The position numbers and the translations under genes were made by a program. Below, one piece after another: positions 10,312 to 21,503 of a stretch of DNA of 64,000 nt (positions are counted from its first letter, which is position 1; the number at the start of each line of letters is the position of its first letter). The stretch lies in assembly GCA_965217895.1 (NCBI GenBank), contig CBDCJV010000002.1, forward strand, positions 1,344,001 to 1,408,000, read 5' to 3'. The notes beneath the pieces are model-generated. The model ran no database searches. It was not told the DNA's origin and was given only the letters and a program-made list of their open reading frames with translations. Source of the DNA: Waterburya sp. GTDB lineage: Bacteria; Cyanobacteriota; Cyanobacteriia; Cyanobacteriales; Xenococcaceae.

Positions 10312-10467
10312 TTGTACACTCAATTATGTATAAACTTTTATTTTCTTATTACTATATTTATCGCTAACCAGCTAATACTGAAGTGGAAACATTTTTGGGT
10401 TTTGCTCTTGCATCTAAAGGTTAACTAGCAATTGTTAATCGACAATAAAAACTATCGTTTGCCAACT

Positions 10468-11031
10468 TTATTCAGCATTGGGAGTAACCCGAAGGTTGCT
10501 AGGTAAGGAAAGATCTGCTCCAAATCCCCGATCGTAAATCTCAATATCCCATTGACCAGAGCGATTAGCCTCAAAAGCAATAAAGCGTCCATTGCCACTA
10601 ATACTGGGTTGGCGAACCTCCCCTAAGAAATTTTTAGTTAGATTTTGGCTTTTTGCTGTTTGACGGTCGTACAAAAAAATATCAGTTTTACCTAACTGTT
10701 CGGATACATAAACAATATAGCGTCCATCAGCACTGATATCTCCTTCATACTGCATACTACCTGGCTGATTTACTCCAGGCAAAGCTATTGAACGACGACG
10801 CTGCATATCAAATAAAAATATACTGCGTTTGCTAGCGCGATCGCTAGTAAAAATTAGATAACGACCATCATGGGAAAAATTAGCATCTCCTTCTGCTGAA
10901 GCAGAGTTTAGCGTAGCGTTAAAGGTTTGAGTGGGAGGAGTGATATACCCTGAATCTCTACAGCCACTCAATACCAACATTAAGGTCGTCGTAGCCAATT
11001 TAATTAGATGTAGTTTAAGAAACCATTTCAT
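10468..11031 (-). CDS. TolB-like (PD40 beta-propeller) lipoprotein
   Basis: Lipobox LSGC; repeats FSHDGRYLIFTSDR, ISADGRYIVYVS, ISGNGRFIAFEANR. Start placed at ATG 11031 (MKWFLK). Confidence 0.8.
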   Translation of the reverse strand: MKWFLKLHLIKLATTTLMLVLSGCRDSGYITPPTQTFNATLNSASAEGDANFSHDGRYLIFTSDRASKRSIFLFDMQRRRSIALPGVNQPGSMQYEGDISADGRYIVYVSEQLGKTDIFLYDRQTAKSQNLTKNFLGEVRQPSISGNGRFIAFEANRSGQWDIEIYDRGFGADLSLPSNLRVTPNAE

Positions 11032-11305
11032 TATGGTCGATAGTTTTGCTGGCTTCGGGTAAGGAACAGCAGTTGACGTTATCAAGACATACTTTTCCCC
11101 ATTGCAAAGACCAACGTACTAATTCAACACGGTTGATAACACCAGTTTTTTTGAGAATATTGCTAATGTGATTATCAACTGTTCTTTTGCTGATATCCAA
11201 TTGTTGAGCAATTTTATGGTTACTCAAACCAGTCACCACTAGCTCCACAATTTCTAATTCTCGCGTCGACAATAATGCTTCGTGACTGAGCTTTTCAGCT
11301 TCCAT
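11015..11305 (-). CDS. pedR: Small LuxR-type photosynthetic electron transport-dependent regulator PedR
   Basis: Solo LuxR HTH followed by the characteristic LVRW.LQWGKVCLD.VNCC Cys-rich tail. Confidence 0.88.
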   Translation of the reverse strand: MEAEKLSHEALLSTRELEIVELVVTGLSNHKIAQQLDISKRTVDNHISNILKKTGVINRVELVRWSLQWGKVCLDNVNCCSLPEASKTIDHNEMVS

Positions 11306-11828
11306 CGCTATTACCTAGTGTATTTACTTATTACTTTATCTATTTTAGAAGGTAATGTTTCTAGCTAATTGCCCATAAACTAACATTTGAATTAATATTT
11401 AACAATTCTATCAAACTGAAAACTATTGCTGGGTATGGGTTTGGATTTGAGGCAGCTTGTCTATTAAAGTAGGTATAGACTTTAGTATCAATTTTTACGC
11501 CTTTTGCTTTTCTTAATTCTTTACTAAATTAATTGCTGTTATTGCCAATATTTTCGTAACCAATATCTAAGTTTAACAATAATTTGAGCTACTGAATTAG
11601 CAAATGTCTATTAGTTTTTTGTAGGTGCGAAGCGTTTGACTTTAAAGTTATTACATAACAAATTTTATGAGGATCATTGCTTTACTTAAGAGTCGCGCTA
11701 CTTCATACACTCAAAAAGATCGTTTTACTCCTACATAATCTCTCAAGATATCAATAGCACACTTCACCCTACATTCCATTGTTTGCTCGGTGCATGAATT
11801 AATCTACTAGCTTGGGCAAAAATAAATA

Positions 11829-11996
11829 CTAAGCGTTTTTGAGTAGATTTTTAACTAAATTATCTTTAACCATCGTCTGGCGAAACATTTCTAACAAGTA
11901 TTCTTGTGCCTCTTCTTTACTGAGATTTTGCACCTGTTCTTGGAGAACCTTTAACTTGAATTTTTGCTCCAGGCTTAACTGTCCAGATAAATCCAT
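11829..11996 (-). CDS. nblA: Phycobilisome degradation protein NblA (55 aa, absent from the ORF track)
   Basis: MDLSGQLSLEQKFKLKVLQEQVQNLSKEEAQEYLLEMFRQTMVKDNLVKNLLKNA* (LSLEQ.F motif); AAGGAG RBS upstream. Confidence 0.92.
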   Translation of the reverse strand: MDLSGQLSLEQKFKLKVLQEQVQNLSKEEAQEYLLEMFRQTMVKDNLVKNLLKNA

Positions 11997-12291
11997 CAGC
12001 TTTACTCCTTACATCTAAAAATATTTAGCTAGTAGAATCATAATTTTCTACCTAACTATGGCTGAATTTTTAATCAATTTAACATCTACCAGTATAAGAT
12101 GTCTACGATGTCAAGTATTAATTAATCAAAGCAACAAAAAGTTATAAAATACTTATCAAAGAAGCAGCTTTTTGGTGTATTTTGATGCGGAAAAAACCTA
12201 AAAGCTTGCCATGAACAATTTTGCTCGTGCCGAGATTAAGCAAATCTAGATATAGTGAAAATACAAAAAATAAAAGATAATAATTATATAC

Positions 12292-12885
12292 ATGAATTCT
12301 ATAAAAGATGCCAAAGAGTTTTTTCAAAAGAGTGCAGGAAAATGGCGATCGCAACGCACTACTCATCACCTACCATTTAGAAGAGCAGAAAGCGGAAATT
12401 CCGACATCAATGTGGAGTTTCTCGACGCTGGTGATGAAAAAATAGCTGCCATCTGTCAAATGCACGACGTAGATCCGCAAACCTCAATTGGCGGTGCTTT
12501 TGTTAGCTGGGATGGTTCAATGGCATGGGACAAAGAAAACGAAGACCACAAAGGCACAACCGTGTTCGCCTTAATTCCCGACCCAGAAGACCCTAGAAAA
12601 GGCAAGCTACTTAGAGAAAGAGGCTATGCAGAAATTGTTCCTGTAGCTGGAGAATACGAGATGGACACAGAAGATGGATTAGTTTTAATTACCGAATACG
12701 AAACCATGAGCATCATCGAGCGTTTTTGGTTTGTTAACCCCGATTTGCGCTTACGAAGCAGCACCGTAAAAAGATTTGGTGGATTTAATACTGCTACTTT
12801 CTGTGCTGAGTCTAGGGTAGAAAAAGAAGCAACAAAAACTACAGAAAATATCGATACTAAAGCTTTCGCTATTTCAGGCTGGTAA
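12292..12885 (+). CDS. cpcS: Phycobiliprotein lyase, CpcS/CpeS family
   Basis: FFQKSAGKWRSQRTTHHL, LLRERGYAE, ERFWF..P.LR.R.S; adjacent to cpcG. Confidence 0.9.
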   Translation: MNSIKDAKEFFQKSAGKWRSQRTTHHLPFRRAESGNSDINVEFLDAGDEKIAAICQMHDVDPQTSIGGAFVSWDGSMAWDKENEDHKGTTVFALIPDPEDPRKGKLLRERGYAEIVPVAGEYEMDTEDGLVLITEYETMSIIERFWFVNPDLRLRSSTVKRFGGFNTATFCAESRVEKEATKTTENIDTKAFAISGW

Positions 12886-12914
12886 TAGATTACCAATTAA
12901 GACTATTTCTATTT

Positions 12915-12974
12915 GGTGGGCAATGCAAGCTTATAGGTATGTAAATTACAAAACTATTTTTTGCCCACCCTACA
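12915..12974. repeat. REP-like inverted repeat GGTGGGCA...TGCCCACC(CTAC)
   Basis: ggtgggcaa ... ttgcccaccctaca; a related degenerate copy is at about 14013-14075 (gtagggtgggcat ... atacccaccatag). Confidence 0.6.
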
Positions 12975-13125
12975 ATCTCAAATAAATGTCAAATGCTTAA
13001 TGTTTAATGTTCAATGCTTGATACTCTGTAATATTTTGTTACTGTTGTTTATTTCGACCCCCTAATTACCGTATGATTGGGACTAAGAAATTTTAATATA
13101 CAAAACAATAGACGGAGGTTTTGAC

Positions 13126-13884
13126 TTGTCTATTCCCTTATTAGGCTATAAGCCTAGCTCCCAAAATGCGCGTGTCGATGGATACGATATTGGGGGTGAT
13201 GACCAACCCAAAATTTTTTCAGCAGAGAACACATTTTCTTTGTCTGAGATGAATAACCTGATCGAAGCAGCATATCGCCAGATCTTTTTCCATGCTTTTC
13301 GCGCCGATCGCGAAAGATTTCTAGAGTCGCAACTGCGTAATCGCCAGATTACAGTCAGAGACTTCATTCGTGGACTTTTGCTCTCTGAAACTTTTTACAA
13401 TAGTTTCTATGAAAAAAACAGCAACTATCGCTTTGTTGAGCAGTGTATTCAACGAGTTTTAGGGCGGGATGTCTATAACGAAAGAGAAAAAATTGCGTGG
13501 TCGATTAAAATAGCCACCAAAGGTTTAGCGGGATTCATTGACGAACTGCTAGACAGTGATGAATACATGGAAAACTTTGGTTACGATGTTGTACCTTACC
13601 GTCGTCGTCGGGTACTTGCAAGTCGCGATCAAGGAGAGCGTCCTTTTAACATTACTTCTCCTCGTTACGACGAATACTATCGTGCTATTTTGGGATTCCC
13701 TCAAATTATTTGGCAAACCGAAGTTCGTTCTTATCGTCCTCAAGAGCAAAAAGCTCAAGCAGGAAGTCCTGCTTTATATATGGATATGGCTCGCAGCTTA
13801 CCTAGCAGAGCGAATGCTCCAAGCTCTACGTCTGTATCTAACATCAACTATATGTCTAAAGTTCCTTATCGCAAAACAAATTAA
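13126..13884 (+). CDS. cpcG: Phycobilisome rod-core linker CpcG
   Basis: [43 protein letters not shown] start after a GGAGG RBS; hydrophilic C-terminus (CpcG rather than CpcL). Confidence 0.95.
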   Translation: MSIPLLGYKPSSQNARVDGYDIGGDDQPKIFSAENTFSLSEMNNLIEAAYRQIFFHAFRADRERFLESQLRNRQITVRDFIRGLLLSETFYNSFYEKNSNYRFVEQCIQRVLGRDVYNEREKIAWSIKIATKGLAGFIDELLDSDEYMENFGYDVVPYRRRRVLASRDQGERPFNITSPRYDEYYRAILGFPQIIWQTEVRSYRPQEQKAQAGSPALYMDMARSLPSRANAPSSTSVSNINYMSKVPYRKTN

Positions 13885-14080
13885 TTTAGAGAAATCTAAT
13901 TTAAGTTTGGTTTTCAAGATTTGAAATAGGACACCTAAAGAGGGAGTTGTTAATTAGCGGAATAGTTTCGAGAGAAATTATGTGGTTAATTTGTGACCTT
14001 CCTCTTTTTGCTGTAGGGTGGGCATGAAATAAAATTCTGTTCATCATAAAAATACACTTGATTTAATACCCACCATAGAA

Positions 14081-15013
14081 TCAACAATTAATTCGATTCC
14101 GCAAAACTTGCAAAAGCTTAGTAAATTCTACGGGTAACGGCGCGATCGCCTCAATCAATTCTCCTGAAATAGGATGTAATAAAGATAATTGCCGTGCATG
14201 AAGAGCCTGACCAGATAAATTGACCTTGAGTGAGCGATTTGAGCCGTAAGTAGAATCTCCCAGCAAGGGATGTCCCTGGTGAGCGCAATGAACCCTAATC
14301 TGGTGAGTACGTCCTGTTTCCAAGAGAAACTGCATCAAGCTGTAGTTGCCAATTCTTTCCAAGGTTTTCCAATGGGTAACGGCTTCTCTTCCGCCTTTAT
14401 CTATAGGAACAACTGCCATTTTTTGGCGATCGCCCTTGTGACGACCGATGGGCAAATCAATTTTGCCTGCTTCTGTGGCAAAAGAACCATAGATCACTCC
14501 CCAATATTCTCTTCTAGCAGTTTTGGCTTTAATTTGTGCCTGCAAGTCTTGATGGGCGCGATCGCTTTTTGCCACAACAATAGCTCCCGTAGTATCTTTA
14601 TCAAGACGGTGAACAATGCCTGGACGTTCTACACCGCCAATTCCTGCTAAAGTATCGCAATGATACAGTAAGGCATGAACCAGCGTTCGAGTATAGTGTC
14701 CTGGCGCGGGGTGAACTACCATGCCTGCGGGTTTATTCACAATAATTAGATGTTCGTCTTCATAAAGAATATCTAGGGGAATATTTTCTGGGGTCAAATC
14801 TAATTTTTCAGGTTCAGGAATAACCACATACAGAAAATCACCAGGAGCAACTTTAACCTTTTTGCTGGTGCAAACTCGATTATTAAGCTGAATATTGCCA
14901 TTTTCAATTAACTTTTGAATGCGAGAACGAGAAATATCGGTTAGATTCTCTGATAGCCAGCGATCTAGGCGATTTCCTGTATTTGTTACCTGTAGTTTAA
15001 TCTCTTGAATAAT
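14081..15013 (-). CDS. rluD: RluA/RluD-family pseudouridine synthase with N-terminal S4 domain (start uncertain, probably ATT)
   Basis: VNKPAG.VVHP, HRLDKDTTG, LETGRTHQIRVH. The frame extends upstream of 14827 through RLDRWL...SRSRIQKLI..G (S4) to a TAG at 15032-15034. Confidence 0.88.
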   Translation of the reverse strand: MIQEIKLQVTNTGNRLDRWLSENLTDISRSRIQKLIENGNIQLNNRVCTSKKVKVAPGDFLYVVIPEPEKLDLTPENIPLDILYEDEHLIIVNKPAGMVVHPAPGHYTRTLVHALLYHCDTLAGIGGVERPGIVHRLDKDTTGAIVVAKSDRAHQDLQAQIKAKTARREYWGVIYGSFATEAGKIDLPIGRHKGDRQKMAVVPIDKGGREAVTHWKTLERIGNYSLMQFLLETGRTHQIRVHCAHQGHPLLGDSTYGSNRSLKVNLSGQALHARQLSLLHPISGELIEAIAPLPVEFTKLLQVLRNRINC

Positions 15014-15156
15014 AGCTTTATTGTCTAAATACTACGGACTTTAATTTTAAAGAGTTTTGGCACTAGTTTTCGCTATTATTTAGATGACCCTGCATTCAGC
15101 ATTGAATATTAAATATTGAACTTGCCAAATAAATAATGTTAAATGCCAAATGTTAA

Positions 15157-15864
15157 ATGTTAAATGAGATGACTAGTATTACTAAATCCGCTTATAGCGA
15201 TCGCCAAATTATGGCTTGGTTCAGAGGCTTATACACTGTTGCTTTGGCAGACGGACATTATGACCCCGAAGAACAGGAACTTATTAGTCAACTCACTCAA
15301 GATTTGGCTAATTTTGATGATGTTAAAAGTTTAGAAACTATTACTCCTGAAGAACTGGCTGCTAGTTTAGGCAAAGACTCTGAAACAGCCGAAAACTTTT
15401 TGCGTACTTGCGTATTAGTAGCTGTAGCTGATGGAGTCTATTCTCAGCCTGAATACGATCTAATGCAGCAGTTTAGTAATGCTTTAGAAATTGAAGTAGA
15501 AGCTCTCAAATCTTTAGAGCATACTCTATATAAGCCAGAGGCACAAGAAACTACCGCAGGTGCTGCCTCAAGCTTGACACCGCCTAAAAAATCTAAATGT
15601 AGTGTAGACGTACTGCATCCCGTTAAAGATTGGCTAGAAGGCATGGAGGTCAAAGATCCTCGTTTGGCTAAATTTGTCTGTAAAGTGATTCCACCCCAGT
15701 GTCCTTTTGAACGGGATATCAATTTATTTGGACGCAAAGTAGCACATATTCCTCCTCTTTGTAAGCTAAATCCTTTATATGAGCAGTTCACCATGTTACG
15801 TTTTCGTTCTCTGTCTTATTTAGCCGACGACTGTGGCGAAGATGTGACTAAGTATATTCAGTAA
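15157..15864 (+). CDS. TerB-like domain + Mo-nitro_C domain protein (cyanobacterial conserved hypothetical)
   Basis: Two VA.ADG....E TerB-type motifs; C-terminal IPPQCPFERDI.LFG..VAHIPPLCKLNPLYEQ. Confidence 0.85.
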   Translation: MLNEMTSITKSAYSDRQIMAWFRGLYTVALADGHYDPEEQELISQLTQDLANFDDVKSLETITPEELAASLGKDSETAENFLRTCVLVAVADGVYSQPEYDLMQQFSNALEIEVEALKSLEHTLYKPEAQETTAGAASSLTPPKKSKCSVDVLHPVKDWLEGMEVKDPRLAKFVCKVIPPQCPFERDINLFGRKVAHIPPLCKLNPLYEQFTMLRFRSLSYLADDCGEDVTKYIQ

Positions 15865-15891
15865 TTAATTTAGGATTTAACATTTCATAAA

Positions 15892-16902
15892 ATGCAATTT
15901 ATCGATTTAGCAGAAATAGAAGTAGTAGCGGGTAATGGAGGCGACGGCATGGTGGCATTCAGGCGCGAGAAATATGTGCCTGCGGGAGGGCCTGCTGGGG
16001 GAAACGGTGGCTGGGGTGGTTCAGTGATTTTAGTCGCTTGCGATCGCCTGCAAACCCTCTTGGATTTTCGTTATGCCAGGATCTTTAAAGCTGAAGATGG
16101 GAAAAAAGGAGGGCCTAACAATTGTACTGGAGCTAAAGGAAGCGATCGCCTGATTGAAGTTCCCTGTGGTACTGTAGTTACCGATGTGGACACGGGAGAT
16201 GTTATAGGTGACTTGACTACCAATGGCGAAACTTTTTGCGTTGCCAAAGGTGGAAAAGGAGGTCTAGGCAATAAGCATTTTTTGAGCAATAGTAACCGCG
16301 CTCCAGAATATGCATTACCAGGGTTAGAAGGAGAAGTAAAACGTTTACGCTTAGAATTAAAGCTGATCGCTGAAGTAGGCATTATTGGCTTACCTAATGC
16401 AGGAAAATCTACTCTAATTTCTTCTTTATCTTCAGCTAAACCCAAGGTGGCAGACTATCCTTTTACTACCCTTGTACCTAACCTAGGGGTGGTACGTAAG
16501 CCAACAGGAGACGGTACGGTGTTTGCCGATATTCCTGGATTAATTTCTGGCGCATCTGAAGGTATTGGTTTGGGTCATGAGTTTTTGCGCCATATCGAAC
16601 GAACCCGTGTCTTACTGCATCTAATCGATGCCACGGCTGAAGATCCCATAGCCGACTATCAAACAATTCAACAAGAATTAGCAGCCTACGGGCATGGATT
16701 GCCTGAACGTCCTCAAATTATTGCTTTTAATAAAACAGATGCGGTAGATGCCGAAACTTTGGAACTTCTGACCGCCGAATTACAAGAGCTTACTTCTGTG
16801 CCAATCTTCCATCTCTCAGCAGTAACCCGCTCAGGATTAGATATTTTGATGCAAGAAGTCTGGTCTATTTTAGATACTGAAGAGTTATTAATAATGAACT
16901 AG
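15892..16902 (+). CDS. obgE: GTPase Obg/CgtA
   Basis: MQFID, AFRREKYVP.GGP.GG.GG.GG, GLPNAGKST, DYPFTTL.PNLG, DIPG, NKTD. Confidence 0.97.
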   Translation: MQFIDLAEIEVVAGNGGDGMVAFRREKYVPAGGPAGGNGGWGGSVILVACDRLQTLLDFRYARIFKAEDGKKGGPNNCTGAKGSDRLIEVPCGTVVTDVDTGDVIGDLTTNGETFCVAKGGKGGLGNKHFLSNSNRAPEYALPGLEGEVKRLRLELKLIAEVGIIGLPNAGKSTLISSLSSAKPKVADYPFTTLVPNLGVVRKPTGDGTVFADIPGLISGASEGIGLGHEFLRHIERTRVLLHLIDATAEDPIADYQTIQQELAAYGHGLPERPQIIAFNKTDAVDAETLELLTAELQELTSVPIFHLSAVTRSGLDILMQEVWSILDTEELLIMN

Positions 16903-17007
16903 CTCAAATTTTACTGTGCAGAACGATCTGATCGTAGTGTGATATGAAATGCCTTAATTTTTAGCCTAATTGAATTTGGATACTAGATCTCAAACTCTAC
17001 TCAACTT

Positions 17008-18237
17008 TTAAACTTTTGAATTCTTTGAAGAGATTGCAGTTCCAACAGTGCTGTCCACTACTCGACAAATTTGTTTTCTATATATCCACAATAGAGCAGC
17101 TAGTACTATTAGAGAAACTCCTACAAATCCGTAAGTTGCTGTCATACCAAAGTTTTGTCTAATTGGTTGGGAAACGATGGGAGAAAGAAACTGACCTAAA
17201 AACATAAATGTAGTAAGACCCCCTAGCGCCCTTCCTCGCAAAGTGTCTGGAACTTCATTAACAGTCCAAACATTCAGGTTAGGCATCATTAAACCCAATC
17301 CGATCCCAGTCGGGATAAGTACTAGTAGTATAAGCCAATAGCCGCTAACCAACCCGATACCAAAATAGCCCAAACCTATTAGTCCAAAAGCGATCGCCAG
17401 AATTTTAATAAAACTAAAGCGCTTTTTGAATCTACCATAGTTCATAGAAGCAAAGGCGCTAAAAAGGATAGAAAAAGCGATCGCCAGTCCAGTCTGAGTA
17501 GCTCCTGCTCCTGAAAGCTATTCGAGGTAAAAGGGCAATTGTACGGGAATTAAGTAAAAGACAATTTGCTGTAGCATCACGCAAGTGTATATTAGCACTA
17601 GCAGCTTTATAGGAAGCTTTGCTGCGTGTAGTGTTGTACCTGTGTCTGCAATGTTAATTTTAGGTCGTAATGGCTCGTATATGGTAAACACAATACCAGG
17701 TATTAATAGCCATGAAAATAGATAAATTAAAAAGGGAAACCGCCAGTTTAAATCGGCAATAAATCCACCCACTGATAGAAATAGAACACCGCCAAAGCCC
17801 ATAAATGCAGCCTGCAAACCCATGAAGTTTGCTCTTGCGTCGTCTTGGTAATAATCTGCAATCAGAGTTGTAGCACTAACCATCACCCCTGCGACTGCCA
17901 ACCCTAACAGCGCCCGTCCGACGAGAATAGCAAAAATCGAATTCAGTACAAAACCCGAACCGCCAGCGAAGCCATACAGAATTGCAGAACCCAACAATAG
18001 GGGCTTGCGACCAATTTTATCAACTAGTTGACCAGCAATAGGCGAACCAAATGCAATAAATAGGGCAGGCACTGTCAGTACTAGCCGTACCCAAAACTCG
18101 GAGTTGGTAACGTCTGAAAAGTTCGCCTGCATAGCAGGTAGAGAAGGCGCAATCGTAGCTCCTGACATTACCGTAAGCGTGCTGGCTAGCAAGATTGTAA
18201 TTTTTGTCAGCCTTAAATTCGGATTTTTAGCGCTCAT
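17008..18237 (-). pseudogene. MFS transporter interrupted by an in-frame TAG at 17518-17520
   Basis: The two ORF pieces are in the same frame: QLPFYLE*LSGAGATQTGLAIAFSILFSAFASMNYGRF. MFS motif A GQLVDKIGRK is present; the joined length is about 409 codons. Confidence 0.85.
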
Positions 18238-18300
18238 AAAATTTGTTAAAGAGTCATATTCTGAATAAAGCTTTATTCCTTTGAAAGATTTTGCTTTTGA

Positions 18301-18336
18301 AGCGTTACTTGTTATCGGAACAAGTAACGCTTTTTC
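18301..18336. terminator. Strong hairpin downstream of pgi
   Basis: 13-bp perfect stem agcgttacttgtt / aacaagtaacgct; the T-run is on the + side only, so function as a pgi terminator is uncertain. Confidence 0.55.
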
Positions 18337-18361
18337 TATTTAGTGCCTAACTTTTGTAACC

Positions 18362-19954
18362 TTAAGCATTCAAAGACACTCTAATCGTATCTGGTTGACC
18401 AATATTACCTTCAACTATCACAACACCGCGCTTGTTAGCATTTAAATGACGCAGAATTTGGTAAACGGTTTCAATCTCCTCACTTACATGAGCCTTATCT
18501 GCCAACTCTGCCAGAGATAAAGGAGATGAACTTTGTTTTAAAGCTTCTACTACCTTTTTTTGCAGATCTAAAACTGATGCAGCAGCTTTTTTACCTGCTT
18601 CTACACCTGGCTGATGATAGGCATTGATATTAACCAAAGACGCATAAATACTAACTCCCCGTTCGTAAAGGGCAATCAAAGCACCCACAATACGCTCATT
18701 TACTTGAGGGATAGTAATGGTAATAGAATCTCGCTGCTTGTCATTCAAGGCGGTACGAGTGCCTAGCAAAAATCCTTTGAGATAATCACCAGAAGTAATT
18801 CCTGGTTCAATTTCTACATAGTCTCTAGTTCTGTCTTCCAATACTTCAATAAAGGTAAGAAAAAAGTTATTTACCCCTTCTCGTAATTGCTGAACATAGG
18901 CGTGTTGGTCGGTTGAGCCTTTGTTACCGTAGACTGCAATACCCTGATTTACTACCTTGCCATCTAAATCTTTTTCTTTGCCTAAAGATTCCATAATTAG
19001 CTGTTGAAGATAGCGACTAAAAAGCAAGAGACTGTCTTTGTAAGGCAGAATCACCATATCTTTTTCTCCTCTACCATGACCAGCACAATACCAAGCCATT
19101 GCCAACAAAGCTGCGGGATTTTCCTTAAGGCTGTGTTTGCGAGTTAGAGCATCCATAGTTTTTGCTCCTTCCAGCATGGCTCTAATGTCGATTCCCTGGA
19201 GGGCAGCAGCGACTAAACCCACTGGAGACAACTCCGAGGTACGTCCCCCAACCCAATCACGCATGGGAAAAATTGCTAACCAGCCTTCCCGTTCAGCGAT
19301 CGCCTCTAGTTTACTGCTTTTGCCTGTAATGGCAAAGGCATGAGCAGCAAAATTGAGATTACAATCTTGATAGAATTTTTTCACCTCAATCATGCCGTTA
19401 CGAGTCTCAGGAGTCCCCCCAGACTTGGAGACAACCGAAATCAAGGTAGTTTCTAAGCGATTGCCAATGCTCGCTAAGACTTTATCAATACCCGCAGGAT
19501 CGGTATTATCAATGAAGTGGATATCTAGAGGTGCATCAGCAGGTGCTAGTGCCTGAGCCACAAATTGCGGGCCTAAAGCCGAACCACCAATGCCAATAGA
19601 GAGAATATCGGTAAATTTGCCACCTTGGGGAGGATGAATCTCGCCACTGTGAACTTTCTGTTGAAATTCCAGCACGCTGTTATTGGTGTCGATGATATCC
19701 TGTCTTAATTCATCTGTAGGGGCAAGATCGGGATCTCTAAGCCAATAATGACCTACCATACGGTTTTCATCGGGATTGGCGATCGCACCACCTTCTAAAG
19801 CTTCAATGTCTTTAAATGCTTTAGCAAATTTGGGTTCTAGTTCTTTAATTAGGGCATCATCAAAGGTAATGCGACTAATATCTAAGTACAATTCTAAATC
19901 TTCGTTGTAATAAAGCCAGTCTTGATAGCGTTGCCAAAGAGCAAGTTTATCCAT
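18362..19954 (-). CDS. pgi: Glucose-6-phosphate isomerase
   Basis: [56 protein letters not shown]. Confidence 0.97.
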   Translation of the reverse strand: MDKLALWQRYQDWLYYNEDLELYLDISRITFDDALIKELEPKFAKAFKDIEALEGGAIANPDENRMVGHYWLRDPDLAPTDELRQDIIDTNNSVLEFQQKVHSGEIHPPQGGKFTDILSIGIGGSALGPQFVAQALAPADAPLDIHFIDNTDPAGIDKVLASIGNRLETTLISVVSKSGGTPETRNGMIEVKKFYQDCNLNFAAHAFAITGKSSKLEAIAEREGWLAIFPMRDWVGGRTSELSPVGLVAAALQGIDIRAMLEGAKTMDALTRKHSLKENPAALLAMAWYCAGHGRGEKDMVILPYKDSLLLFSRYLQQLIMESLGKEKDLDGKVVNQGIAVYGNKGSTDQHAYVQQLREGVNNFFLTFIEVLEDRTRDYVEIEPGITSGDYLKGFLLGTRTALNDKQRDSITITIPQVNERIVGALIALYERGVSIYASLVNINAYHQPGVEAGKKAAASVLDLQKKVVEALKQSSSPLSLAELADKAHVSEEIETVYQILRHLNANKRGVVIVEGNIGQPDTIRVSLNA

Positions 19955-20201
19955 AAGTTTTTACCTCAGCGCGAATTCTACCTGTAAGTTTAGTGGAAGC
20001 ATCTTTGCTTTATACAACGTTTTAGATTTTTTCCTATTTTTCTTAAGCAAAAGTGCTGAGTGTAGGAGGCTTTTGCTCCATTTTATACATTTTTCCATCA
20101 TTACCTTGATCGTGAGCAACCAATGTATTTTCTTAACAGCGATCGCAATTTAAAGGCAAATTAGCTTACCGTACAATTAAAAGGAAACTTCTCGTCATAA
20201 A

Positions 20202-20498
20202 ATGAAAGCTGAAGAATATCTAAGTCTAAACCAGGAATCAATCACACAACAGTGCAAAATTATTGCCAGTAGTGGCTCAAACGCAATCATTACCGTCAAA
20301 GAAAATAGTGGCGACTACGTTCATAAAGTAAGTACGGTTGAGGAATTTACAGATAAATTACCTGACAACAAATTCTTTAAACAAATGCGGGATGGTGTTA
20401 CCAACGCCGTACTCAATAAAGTAATCCCGATAGTCATTTTTGAAGGACAAAAAGCAAAAATAATTAGCCTGCCAGATTACTTTAAGTCTGAAAAATAA
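20202..20498 (+). CDS. Hypothetical protein
   Basis: 98-aa ATG ORF with protein-like composition in an intergenic gap; no motif recognised. Confidence 0.6.
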   Translation: MKAEEYLSLNQESITQQCKIIASSGSNAIITVKENSGDYVHKVSTVEEFTDKLPDNKFFKQMRDGVTNAVLNKVIPIVIFEGQKAKIISLPDYFKSEK

Positions 20499-20522
20499 AA
20501 CATACTGGATAAAAGTTGCTCG

Positions 20523-21263
20523 TTAAAGTGTCGGAAATTGATTAATATCTACTACCGCCGAAAGCGTTATTCGACCAGCTTCTACAGTAAGGCGATGAAT
20601 GCGTAAAGCGAGTCCTTGTTTCTCAAAGTTACGCAAATCCAACATTTTTTCAGCTTTATCTAGAAACGCTTGGGTTAAGTCTTCTGATATCTCTTTCCCT
20701 GGCTCGTATTGAATATCTTCTAACAAGACGCTTCTATTTCCTGGCGCAATTTTAGGGGTTGCCGTAAATGCCACCTCTTTAGTCTCGCCTGATGGTTGTA
20801 ACTTAACTAGAGCTTCTACTGCTATCGTTCCATCTTCGCGAAACTGACATTTTTTTTGAGGAACTGTCAGCTTTACCTGTCCTGTTGATAAATATGTGTC
20901 TAAAACATCAATTTTGGCTCTGAGTTCTGGTGAGTTTAAAGCGCAGTTAAGATCGGTTTCGGTTAAAACTAAACGGGCAGTTCCTTCGGTGGGTTGGGTA
21001 AGCTCGATATTGCCTGTTAAAGCTTTCAAAGGATTGACAGCGATCGCCTTTGTCTCAATTTCTAACACTTGCACCCGCAAATCAGTTTCAATAACAAGTC
21101 CTTCACCTTTGATTGAGAGCGATTCTAACTCGCCACTGGCTAGTTTTTCTGGAGCAGTATTGACTTTGACTTCTAAACGATCGGCATTTTCTAGTTGAGA
21201 AGATAAAGCTAATTCAGCAATTTTGTTGAGTGCTTGCTCCCCAAGGTTTTCTATTCCTAACAT
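20523..21263 (-). CDS. DUF2993 / LmeA-like phospholipid-binding protein
   Basis: GEQAL.K.AE..LSSQL..A..L.V, G..ELTQPT...AR.VLTE.DLN.ALNS pattern. Confidence 0.8.
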   Translation of the reverse strand: MLGIENLGEQALNKIAELALSSQLENADRLEVKVNTAPEKLASGELESLSIKGEGLVIETDLRVQVLEIETKAIAVNPLKALTGNIELTQPTEGTARLVLTETDLNCALNSPELRAKIDVLDTYLSTGQVKLTVPQKKCQFREDGTIAVEALVKLQPSGETKEVAFTATPKIAPGNRSVLLEDIQYEPGKEISEDLTQAFLDKAEKMLDLRNFEKQGLALRIHRLTVEAGRITLSAVVDINQFPTL

Positions 21264-21503
21264 ATTTATTCCGTATCGCTGTTGGTAAATTCATTTTACT
21301 CTCCTTAAATATATTAAGAAACTTTAAGCTATATCTCTGTCAGATGGCAGAAATACAATTTGCACGCTCTCAACAGAAAGAAAAACGGAGCAAGCAAAAT
21401 AGCAAATGATTATTCAATAATTCGCTTATTCAGTATAGTTAGAAAGGTCTAGTTCATGGCGATCGCTGTTGGTTAGTTAGGCGATCGCCAATATTATTCT
21501 ATA

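Noticed and set aside
12092..13042. NtcA boxes near nblA and cpcG
   Set aside because: The candidates seen are GTA-N9-TAC, not the N8 consensus.
15157..15864. Nitrogenase interpretation of the Mo-nitro_C domain
   Set aside because: The domain name is historical; there are no nif motifs or nif neighbours.
17518..17520. Pyrrolysine or other programmed recoding of the MFS amber codon
   Set aside because: No pyl genes or recoding signal are seen, and TAG is used as a normal stop elsewhere in the window.
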